This document shows positions 6,547 through 14,696 of a DNA stretch of 64,000 nucleotides, piece by piece. This stretch comes from Alphaproteobacteria bacterium (GTDB taxonomy: Bacteria > Pseudomonadota > Alphaproteobacteria > SHVP01): contig VGES01000010.1 of NCBI GenBank assembly GCA_016869765.1, positions 13,573 to 77,572 of the forward strand. Direction: 5' to 3'. Under the pieces are notes generated by a model that saw nothing but the letters and a program-made list of their open reading frames with translations, was not told the DNA's origin and searched no databases. The translations under genes and the position numbers were made by a program. Every line of letters starts with the position of its first letter. Position 1 is the stretch's first letter.

Positions 6547-6574
6547 GGGAACAGGCCGTGCAGGAACCAGCGCG
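6523..6574. repeat. Direct repeat, partner of 2916..2967 (imuB 3' end/junction)
   Basis: See 2916..2967. Contains the last ~10 imuB codons, the stop, and the leader-ORF start. Confidence 0.9.
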
Positions 6575-8150
6575 GCGATGCGGCGTCGGGCGCGTAGAGG
6601 CCGTTGCGGAACAGCCAGAAGCGGGCGCCATCGTCGTCCTCGACGCGGAAATAGTCGCGGGTCTCGCCACGATCGAACAGCGTGGTGGTCGTCGGTCGCC
6701 ACCACTCGGGCGCGATGCGTTCGGGCCCCTCGGCCGTGTGCACGCGGTGCAGCACCGTGCGCCAGCGAAACAACCGCGGCGGCTCGTCGGGCACCGGCGC
6801 CACCACCTCGATCGGCTCGGGTTGGGACAACAGCGCCAGCGGCCGTTCGCGGTTGACGAACCACGGCCGCCCCGGCTGCCAGCGGCGGCGCGGCCCATCG
6901 CCCGCAGCCAGCACCGGGATCGACACCGAGGCGCGTTCGGGGATGAAACTCTCGGACGGCGCCAGGCGCACGACATCCGCCTTGCCGAGTCGATTGGCCA
7001 GGCGATCGACCAGCGGATCGAGGCTTCCCGCCGGCACGCCGCGGCGACGTTTGAGCGCGAGTTGCGCGGCGGCCAGCGGTTCGACCACGGCCGCCTCGAC
7101 CGCCAGCGCGTCGATGCCGAAGCCCGGATCGATGCTCGACAAGTGCTCGTCGAGCAGGCGAAAGAGATGCGTCGCCGTGCGCACCGGCGCGCTGGTGCCG
7201 ATGCGCACCGACGGTCGTTCGCCATCGACGCGATAGACCTGGAAGACGAGCCGCCGCAGCCCCAATTCGTCCTGCTGCAACCGGTAACAAAGCCGCGTCA
7301 ACAACCGGCGCGCCGCCTCGGCGATGTCCTCGGCGCGGCCGATCGGCTCGGCGAACGGCATCACCTCGCGCAGGGGGGCGACGAGCGGACGCGGCGAGAT
7401 CGGCTCGCGCACGCGGCCCAACGCCTGATCGACGCGACTCAAGAGCGTCTCGCCGAAACGGCTCACCAGGGGCCCGCGCGGCAGGTCGAACAGATCGCCG
7501 GCGCGACGCAGGCCCAAGCGTTCGAGCCCGGCGATCATCGTCGTGGGCAGACGCAACGCCGCGATCGGCAAGGGCGCCAGGAACGTCCGCGCGCCGCCCG
7601 GTGCGACGAGGCTCGTGGTCTTGGCCGTGAAGCGTGCCGCCGCCCAGGCCACGCCAAGCGTGTCGGCGACCGCCGCGCGGGCGGCAAAGCCGCGCCAGCG
7701 CAGCCGGGTCACGAGATCCTCGATCAGCGCCGCTTCGCCGCCGAACAGGTGGGCGCAACCACTGACGTCGAGCCACAGCCCGGCGCCGGCGATCGTCGCC
7801 TCGGGGTTCCCGTCGAGCGCGACCCAGGGCGTGTAACGCGTCGCCCAGTCGGCGAGTTTCTCCAGCGCGGCGATGTCGGCTGCCGGATCGGCGAAGGCCA
7901 CCGCGACGTTGGGCCAGATCGCGCGCACGTCGGTGAGCGGCATTCCGGGCAACACGCCGTGACTGGCGAGCTCATGATCGGCCGCGGCGACGCGCAGCGT
8001 GTTCTGTTCGCGAACGACCGTGACTTGGATTCGGCCGGGAGCGCGGGCGCCGTCAGGCGACGGCGCGCCCGCCAGCCGGTCGATCGCGAAGTTCGGCAAC
8101 CACAGCGAGACCACCCGGGTCTCGCCGGTACGCGGGGTCGTGGGGGTCAT
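6543..8150 (-). CDS. imuB: ImuB, Y-family polymerase-like subunit of the SOS mutasome
   Basis: 535 aa. N-terminus ...RVVSLWLPNFAIDRL and C-terminus PRWFLHGLFP are typical of ImuB. It lies downstream of imuA. The long + strand ORF 6558..8285 and the - ORF 6415..7776 are shadows. Confidence 0.9.
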   Translation of the reverse strand: MTPTTPRTGETRVVSLWLPNFAIDRLAGAPSPDGARAPGRIQVTVVREQNTLRVAAADHELASHGVLPGMPLTDVRAIWPNVAVAFADPAADIAALEKLADWATRYTPWVALDGNPEATIAGAGLWLDVSGCAHLFGGEAALIEDLVTRLRWRGFAARAAVADTLGVAWAAARFTAKTTSLVAPGGARTFLAPLPIAALRLPTTMIAGLERLGLRRAGDLFDLPRGPLVSRFGETLLSRVDQALGRVREPISPRPLVAPLREVMPFAEPIGRAEDIAEAARRLLTRLCYRLQQDELGLRRLVFQVYRVDGERPSVRIGTSAPVRTATHLFRLLDEHLSSIDPGFGIDALAVEAAVVEPLAAAQLALKRRRGVPAGSLDPLVDRLANRLGKADVVRLAPSESFIPERASVSIPVLAAGDGPRRRWQPGRPWFVNRERPLALLSQPEPIEVVAPVPDEPPRLFRWRTVLHRVHTAEGPERIAPEWWRPTTTTLFDRGETRDYFRVEDDDGARFWLFRNGLYAPDAASPRWFLHGLFP

Positions 8151-8892
8151 GCGTCATGCTGGCGCCTGGGCGCCACTCCAGTTGCCACGCGCGGGACGGA
8201 CCGCCGCGGCAATAATCGAGATCGACCTGCCAACGCGGGGCATGGTCGGAACCGGTGCGGGCCGGCGACACGCGCCAGCGGGTGAGCGCGGCGGTGGTCG
8301 CGGCGCTGGCGGTCGTGACGCCGACGCGCGGCAAACGATCGAGCAGGAAGGCGAGCGCGCCGGTGGTTTCGGCCGCGAGTTGCAGCCGCCGGTTGGCGGT
8401 GAGGCTGACGCGTGCGGCTTCGCCGACGACGGCGGCAACCGCGGCGCTGCGCAGCCCCTCCTCCATCGCCCACAGCATGTCCTGGGTGTTGCGGGCCCGG
8501 GCGATAACCAGGCGATCGGGGGCGATGCCCCAATGGGCGAGGCCAGCGCCGTACAGCTCGCCCGCTTCGTTGGCCGCGTGTGCGGTCTGGCACCACAGCA
8601 CCTGACCGCCGTCGGCCACCACCGCCGACAACACCGCCGCCAGAAATCCGAACGCCGCCTGGCCGCCGGTCATTTCGTGCAAGGCGCCACGCGGCAGGCC
8701 GCCCCACGGCAAGCCCGGATCGAGCCCCGGCGCCAGCGGCAGGGCCGCGTGCCGGCCCTGGCCCCGCTCGATCGCGCCGATGCTGGCCCGCAGCCGGGCG
8801 AGCGCCTGCCCTCGCTCCGCTCGGTCGCGGACCGGGGCGGGCGGCAGAGATGCCAATTCGCCCCTGTCCTGCAGGGTTGCCGCCAACGCCAT
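8053..8892 (-). CDS. imuA: ImuA, RecA/SulA-like SOS mutagenesis protein
   Basis: 279 aa. ...GLPWGGLPRGALHEMTG...AAFGFLAAVL...VLWC is the ImuA-type degenerate RecA-fold core. It is the first gene behind the LexA boxes and overlaps imuB by 98 nt. Confidence 0.85.
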   Translation of the reverse strand: MALAATLQDRGELASLPPAPVRDRAERGQALARLRASIGAIERGQGRHAALPLAPGLDPGLPWGGLPRGALHEMTGGQAAFGFLAAVLSAVVADGGQVLWCQTAHAANEAGELYGAGLAHWGIAPDRLVIARARNTQDMLWAMEEGLRSAAVAAVVGEAARVSLTANRRLQLAAETTGALAFLLDRLPRVGVTTASAATTAALTRWRVSPARTGSDHAPRWQVDLDYCRGGPSRAWQLEWRPGASMTHDPHDPAYRRDPGGLAVVAELRDRPAGGRAVA

Positions 8893-8916
8893 GGGTCCTC
8901 CCTAACTCGAACCCTA

Positions 8917-8942
8917 GTTCTGTAATTGTTCTTGTTATGTTC
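8917..8942. promoter_or_regulatory. Triple alphaproteobacterial LexA-type box GTTC-N7-GTTC-N7-GTTC upstream of imuA
   Basis: GTTCtgtaattGTTCttgttatGTTC lies 25-50 nt upstream of the imuA start, in a locally AT-rich stretch. It matches the GTTC-N7-GTTC direct-repeat SOS box known from Alphaproteobacteria. Confidence 0.75.
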
Positions 8943-9340
8943 TATTTTATCCCCAAGAGGGAGTCAAGGGTGGCCTCGCTCGATGACGCTGCCAGGCCCC
9001 GCTCGACCGGTCGCCCCTAAGCTAAGCGCGCTCGTCTCCCGATCGCGGCGGCTGCGTTCCCGCCCGCCGCAGGATGGACAATCCCCGCTTGGCCCTGCCA
9101 CCCCTGGCCCGGCCGGCAAAAAACTCCGCGGCGGACAAGCCTTCGACCTGCCCGGTATCGGATCTGGACGCACGCCCCCTCCGCCGTGCTTTACGATCAG
9201 CACGCGATCCATCGCGTTTGTCGGAATTGCCGCCCATCCAAGAAACCAAGCACGCCATCCGACGATCAGATACACCTACGCTCTTAACGAGTCATGCCCT
9301 CCAACACCTTCTCCGCCGCGCCCCGCCGCTCACCCTGCCC

Positions 9341-9422
9341 TCTCCCCGCATCCTGCGGCGCTTGTCGCCGCAAGCGGCGACAGATGCGGGGAGAGGAGGG
9401 ACCCGCCGCCAACGGCGGCGGG
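9341..9422. repeat. REP-like nested GC-rich palindromes in the imuA/cysQ intergenic region
   Basis: A 12-bp outer stem, tctccccgcatc (9341-9352) / gatgcggggaga (9383-9394), encloses an 8-bp hairpin gtcgccgc-aa-gcggcgac (9364-9381). A 9-bp hairpin cccgccgcc-aac-ggcggcggg follows (9402-9422). No T-tract. Confidence 0.5.
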
Positions 9423-9451
9423 AGGTGAGGGGCACCGACTTTCGCCTGAAC

Positions 9452-10213
<762 letters not shown>

Positions 10214-10278
10214 TCATTCGACCGGGTTCAACGCCCCCGCTTCCGGCTGATTGGCTGCAACGCGCCGCAACGAAGCGT

Positions 10279-10578
10279 CTATTCCTCCGGCAGCCGGCTA
10301 CGGACATCCATTCTCTGGTGAAGAACACGGAGAACCAGGATCGATGTCCCGGTCTCCCGGAAGAAAATGACGTGCCTTCCGCAATCCAAACTTCGCAATC
10401 CACCCGCGACATCATCACGCCGCCGAGCGGCACCTGTGTTCTCACGCAATCGAAACAGGCATTGGCGCAAGGTCAAAAGGTATTGCCGACGCTGGGCGTC
10501 GCCCCACTGCTCTATCGTGTAGCGTGATATTTCTCTGAGGTCGCGTCTCGCCGAGTCCGCGACAACGAGCTCTTTCAT
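10279..10578 (-). CDS. parE: ParE/RelE-family type II toxin
   Basis: 99 aa. ...ARRDLREISRYTIEQWGDAQRRQYL...VIFFRETGTSILVLRVLHQRMD is typical ParE. It overlaps the upstream antitoxin by 4 nt. Confidence 0.8.
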   Translation of the reverse strand: MKELVVADSARRDLREISRYTIEQWGDAQRRQYLLTLRQCLFRLRENTGAARRRDDVAGGLRSLDCGRHVIFFRETGTSILVLRVLHQRMDVRSRLPEE

Positions 10579-10835
10579 CGATCGACGAATAGAGCTTCAA
10601 AATCCTCCGGACTCTCGACCCGAGTTCCCCTACCCGCCTCGATATCGGCGTCGCCCTTCGCCAGTTCTTCGCGAAGCCGGGCGACCTTCAGCGCCTGCAC
10701 TTCGTCATGCTCTTGCAACAGGCGCAGCGCCTCTCGTACCACGTCACTTTCGTCGCGATACAAGCCCGATTGAACCTTCTGGCGGACGAGATCTTCGAGT
10801 TTTGGTGTGAGCGAGACTTTCATGTTGCTGACCAT
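10575..10835 (-). CDS. parD: ParD-type (ribbon-helix-helix) antitoxin
   Basis: 86 aa. VSLTPKLEDLVRQKVQSGLYRDESDVVREALRLLQE is the ParD4/CopG-like motif. The start may instead be the ATG at 10823. Confidence 0.8.
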   Translation of the reverse strand: MVSNMKVSLTPKLEDLVRQKVQSGLYRDESDVVREALRLLQEHDEVQALKVARLREELAKGDADIEAGRGTRVESPEDFEALFVDR

Positions 10836-10904
10836 GCACCCGAACCACGTCGACGAGGGTACCCCGACGTGCCGCGCCCTTCAACGCGCCCCAAGCAGAA
10901 GACG

Positions 10905-11900
10905 CTACCCGTTGACGTCGACCACCGTGCGGCCGCGCACCTTGCCTTGGAGAATGTCCTGCGCGAGTGCCAACAGGCGGGCGAATGGCACCACCGTCGT
11001 CATCGCATCGAGCTTGTCCTTGGGCAGGTCGCTGCCGAGCCGCGCCCACGCTGCGCGCCGGCGGGGGACGGGGCAGAACACCGAATCGATGCCCAGGAGA
11101 TTCACCCCGCGCAGGATGAACGGCAGCACCGTCGTCGGCAGGTCGCTGCCGCCGGCCAGGCCGCACGCCGCCACCGCGCCGTGCCGCGCGGTCTGCGCCA
11201 GCACCATGGCGAGCGTCTGACTGCCCACGGTGTCGACCGCGCCGGTCCAGCGCTCGCTCTCGAGCGGCCGGCCGACCTTGTGCAGGTCGGCGCGGGCGAC
11301 GAACTCGCTCGCGCCCAAACCGCGCAGATAATCATGCGTTTCGGCGCGCCCGGTCGCCGCCGCGACCTTGAAGCCCTTGTGCGCGAGGAGCGCCACGGCA
11401 ACGCTGCCCACGCCACCCGCGGCGCCGGTGACGAGCACCGGCTTGTCGCCAGGACGAACTCCGGAGTCTTCGAGGGCCATCACCGACAGCATGGCGGTGA
11501 AGCCGGCCGTGCCGATCGCCATCGCGCGTTTGGGGTCGAGGCCGGCCGGCAGGCGCACCAGCCATTCGGCTTTGAGCCGGGCACGCTGGGTGTAGCCGCC
11601 CCACGCGGTTTCGGACAATCCCCAGCCGGTCGCCACCACGGCATCGCCCGCCTTGAACTCAGGACTCTGCGACTGCCGCACGGTGCCGGCGAGGTCGATC
11701 CCCGGCACCATCGGGAACTTGCGCATCACCTTGCCGCGGTTGCCGTTGAGCGCCAGGCCGTCCTTGTAATTGAGGCCCGAGTAGGCGACGTCGACCACGA
11801 CCTCGCCCGGCGGCAACTCGGCCTCGGTGAGATCACGGAAGGCAACGCTCGACTTGCCGTCGGTTTCGGTGGCGTAGAGCGCTTTGAACGTGACGGCCAT
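10905..11900 (-). CDS. acuI: MDR-family NADPH:quinone/acrylyl-CoA reductase (YhdH/AcuI-like)
   Basis: 331 aa. SGLNYKDGLA, FPMVPGIDLAGTV, GTAGFTAML, VTGAAGGVGS, CGLAGG and QGRTVV track E. coli YhdH closely. Confidence 0.75.
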   Translation of the reverse strand: MAVTFKALYATETDGKSSVAFRDLTEAELPPGEVVVDVAYSGLNYKDGLALNGNRGKVMRKFPMVPGIDLAGTVRQSQSPEFKAGDAVVATGWGLSETAWGGYTQRARLKAEWLVRLPAGLDPKRAMAIGTAGFTAMLSVMALEDSGVRPGDKPVLVTGAAGGVGSVAVALLAHKGFKVAAATGRAETHDYLRGLGASEFVARADLHKVGRPLESERWTGAVDTVGSQTLAMVLAQTARHGAVAACGLAGGSDLPTTVLPFILRGVNLLGIDSVFCPVPRRRAAWARLGSDLPKDKLDAMTTVVPFARLLALAQDILQGKVRGRTVVDVNG

Positions 11901-11952
11901 GATCCCCTCGCGAACGATTGCACGCCTGATCTAGCAGAGAACGACGGACCCG

Positions 11953-13284
11953 TCAGGCGGGACGCAGCGTCTCCTCGAAGCGGAGCGGTTTGCCCGCGGG
12001 TGGCCCCTGCAACACGCCGTCGCGCATCACCGTGCGACCGCGGATGATGGTCATCATCGGCCAGCCAGTGATGCGCATGCCGTCGTAGGGCGTCCAGCCG
12101 CACTTGCTGGCGATCCACTTGGCCTCGATCGTCCGGCGCGCGTTGAGATCGACGAGGGTCAAATCGGCGTCGTTGCCGACCGCGACACGGCCCTTGCCGA
12201 TCATGCCGAACACCCGCGCCGGCCCGGCGCAGACGAGATCGATCAGCTGGTGCAGCGTCAGCCGCCCGGCCGCGACGTGGTCGAGCATCACGGGCAAGAG
12301 CGTCTGGACGCCGGGCATGCCGGACGGACTGTCGGGATAAATCTTGTCCTTGTTGGCCTTGGGATGCGGCGCGTGGTCCGAACCGATCATGTCGGGAACT
12401 CCGGCCTGGAGCGCCTGCCACAGCCCGTCGCGGTGACGGGCGGCGCGGATCGGTGGGTTCATCTGGGCGTAGGTGCCGAGCCGGTCGTAGCAGTCGGGCG
12501 CTGCCAACGTGAGGTGCTGCGGCGTCACCTCGACCGAGGCGATGTCCTTGTGCTCGGCCAGGATGTCCATCTCCTCGGCCGTCGTCACGTGCAGCACGTG
12601 AACCCGCCGTTTGCTCGCGCGGGCCAGCCGCAACAGCCGTTGCGTCGCCTGGATCGCGCTCAGCTCGTCGCGCCACATCGGGTGGTTGTGCACGTCGTGC
12701 CCACGACGATCCTTCTGGGCTTCGAGCAGGAAGTTGTCCTCGGCGTGGATGGCGATGCGCCGCCGGCCCGACCGCATGATGCGTTCGAGCGCCGCGTCGT
12801 CGGGCACCAGCAAATCGCCGGTCGAGGCGCCCATGAACACCTTGATGCCGCAGCAGCCGGCCATGTTCTCCCAGGCGAAGAGCTGATCGGCGTTCTGCGC
12901 CGTGCCACCGAGATAGAACGCGTAGTCGCACCAGGCGCGGCCCTTGGCGCGCGTCATCTTGTCGGCAAACGCCGCCGGGTCGACCGTCATCGGCCTGGTG
13001 TTGGGCATTTCGAAGACCGCGGTGATGCCGCCCAACACGGCGCCGCGCGTGCCGCTTTCGAGGTCCTCGGCGCCCTCCATGCCGGGCTCGCGGAAATGCA
13101 CCTGGGTGTCGATCACGCCGGGCAACACGTGCAGCCCCTCGGCGGCCACGACCTCGGCGGCCGGCGCGCCCGTCAGCGAACCGATGGCGACGATCTTGCC
13201 GGCACGCATGCCGACATCCGCCCGGCCGATGCCGCGGTGCGACACCACGGTGCCGCCCCGCACGATCACGTCGTAAGTGTTCAC
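11953..13284 (-). CDS. pyrC: Dihydroorotase (amidohydrolase superfamily)
   Basis: 443 aa. GVIDTQVHFREPG, IKVFMG, IAIHAED, SDHAPH and DADLTLVD motifs. The GTG start overlaps the upstream stop (GTGA). Confidence 0.8.
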   Translation of the reverse strand: MNTYDVIVRGGTVVSHRGIGRADVGMRAGKIVAIGSLTGAPAAEVVAAEGLHVLPGVIDTQVHFREPGMEGAEDLESGTRGAVLGGITAVFEMPNTRPMTVDPAAFADKMTRAKGRAWCDYAFYLGGTAQNADQLFAWENMAGCCGIKVFMGASTGDLLVPDDAALERIMRSGRRRIAIHAEDNFLLEAQKDRRGHDVHNHPMWRDELSAIQATQRLLRLARASKRRVHVLHVTTAEEMDILAEHKDIASVEVTPQHLTLAAPDCYDRLGTYAQMNPPIRAARHRDGLWQALQAGVPDMIGSDHAPHPKANKDKIYPDSPSGMPGVQTLLPVMLDHVAAGRLTLHQLIDLVCAGPARVFGMIGKGRVAVGNDADLTLVDLNARRTIEAKWIASKCGWTPYDGMRITGWPMMTIIRGRTVMRDGVLQGPPAGKPLRFEETLRPA

Positions 13285-13991
13285 GCGACCTCCAACAGCA
13301 GACGCGCGAGGGGGGCCGGCGCCGTCACCATGGCGTCATGGCCAGTCGCGAGTTCCCGGTAGCGCCACGACGGATCGGAAGCGGCTGCCTTGGCGAATGA
13401 CGACATGGTGCTGCGCGCGCGCTCGGTGCAGCGGATGAAGGTGCGCCGCAACGTCGCAGCGCGGTCGTGGGGCAGATCGGACGGATCGGTCATGGTCTTG
13501 AGCGGATGGGGCGTGAGATGGCGGTTGAGCCATTGTACCTGCTCGGGATCATGAACGCCCAGAAACTCCATCGAGCCCGCGGGCAGGTGGGTTGCTGTTC
13601 CGCCGCTCTTCCGGAGCTGTTCGAGCGAGCCGCCGGGGCGTGGCGGCACGAGTTCGACATGTGTCAGGCCATGGCGCGGAACGAGGGCATCGAGATAGAC
13701 GAGATGGGCCAGCCGGTCGGCGCAATACTCGGCCACCCCGCTGATCACGATGCCGCCGTAGGAATGTCCGACCAGACGCACCGCCGCGAGTTCCTCGGCT
13801 TCGATGACGTTGACGATGTCCCGGACATGGGTGGCGAGCCCAATCCCTGCCCAGGGCAGGTGCGCCCGGTCGCCGAGGCCGCTCAGCGTGGGTGTGAACA
13901 CCGCGTGGCCGGCCCGGCGCAGTTCCTTGGCGACATCCCGCCAGCACCAGCCGCCGTGCCAGGCGCCGTGGACCAGCACGAAGTCGACCAC
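13281..13991 (-). CDS. Alpha/beta hydrolase (SABP2/methylesterase-like), canonical GHSYGG nucleophile elbow
   Basis: Start VVDFVLVHGAWHGGWCWRDV..., then VGHSYGG, GHDAM. The GTG start at 13991 lies just after the upstream stop. The track ORF 13281..14519 is over-extended. Confidence 0.75.
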   Translation of the reverse strand: MVDFVLVHGAWHGGWCWRDVAKELRRAGHAVFTPTLSGLGDRAHLPWAGIGLATHVRDIVNVIEAEELAAVRLVGHSYGGIVISGVAEYCADRLAHLVYLDALVPRHGLTHVELVPPRPGGSLEQLRKSGGTATHLPAGSMEFLGVHDPEQVQWLNRHLTPHPLKTMTDPSDLPHDRAATLRRTFIRCTERARSTMSSFAKAAASDPSWRYRELATGHDAMVTAPAPLARLLLEVA

Positions 13992-13993
13992 CG

Positions 13994-14695
13994 TCAGGCC
14001 ATCGACTGGATGAGGTCCGCGGTCTCCTTCGGCGCCGTCATCATGGCGTTGTGGCCGGTCGCGAGTTCGACGTAGCGCCAGCCCGGATCGCTCTTGGCGC
14101 GCGCGATCGAGATCGAATCGGGGTTCATCGCGGGCGCGGTGCAGTTGATGTAAAGCCGCGGGATCGTCGTCGCATGGGCGCCCGTGAGCACGAGCTTGTC
14201 GGTCAACGTCTTGCGCGGGTGCGGCACGAGGCGGCGGGCGAGCCAGGCGCGATCGGCGGCATCGAACACGCCCAGGCGCTCGGCGCTCGCCGGTGCCAGC
14301 AACCAGTCGGGCAACGACGGATCGGGCGCGGGCGGCGGGCCACGGCGCGGCACGATGTCGGACAACGATTCGCCGGTCTTCGGGTTGAGCGCGTCGAGAT
14401 AGACCAGCGCCTTGACCGCTGGGCCGAGGCGGTCGGCAACCCCCGGGATGACCATTCCGGCATAGGAATGGCCGACGAGGACGGCCCGATCGATCTCCTC
14501 GAAACGAAACAACCGGCACACGTCTTCGATGTGCGTATCGAGCCCGACCTCGGGCGTCATCAGGTGCACGCGCTCGCCCAGGCCGGTGAGCGTCGGCGTG
14601 TAGACCTCATGACCCGCTTCGCGCAGCAGGGCAGCGACCCGGCGCCAGCACCAGCCCCCATGCCACGCCCCATGAACGAGAACGATGTCGGCCAT
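13994..14695 (-). CDS. Alpha/beta hydrolase (SABP2/methylesterase-like), tandem paralog
   Basis: Start MADIVLVHGAWHGGWCWRRV..., then VGHSYAG, GHNAM. ATG at 14695. Confidence 0.75.
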   Translation of the reverse strand: MADIVLVHGAWHGGWCWRRVAALLREAGHEVYTPTLTGLGERVHLMTPEVGLDTHIEDVCRLFRFEEIDRAVLVGHSYAGMVIPGVADRLGPAVKALVYLDALNPKTGESLSDIVPRRGPPPAPDPSLPDWLLAPASAERLGVFDAADRAWLARRLVPHPRKTLTDKLVLTGAHATTIPRLYINCTAPAMNPDSISIARAKSDPGWRYVELATGHNAMMTAPKETADLIQSMA

Positions 14696-14696
14696 G

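Noticed and set aside
6415-8285. Long ORFs 6415..7776 -, 6488..7225 -, 6558..8285 + overlapping imuB
   Set aside because: These are GC-rich shadow frames (Arg/Pro/Ala-rich, low complexity). imuB in its own frame has the diagnostic N- and C-terminal motifs. Only the last 43 codons of 6415..7776 (the leader ORF) were retained as a low-confidence feature.
8943-9451. Track ORFs 8926..9876 +, 8964..9275 -, 9022..9258 - in the imuA-cysQ spacer
   Set aside because: Their composition is low-complexity Pro/Arg/Ala with no motifs, and the frames conflict with each other. The region is treated as non-coding with REP-like palindromes.
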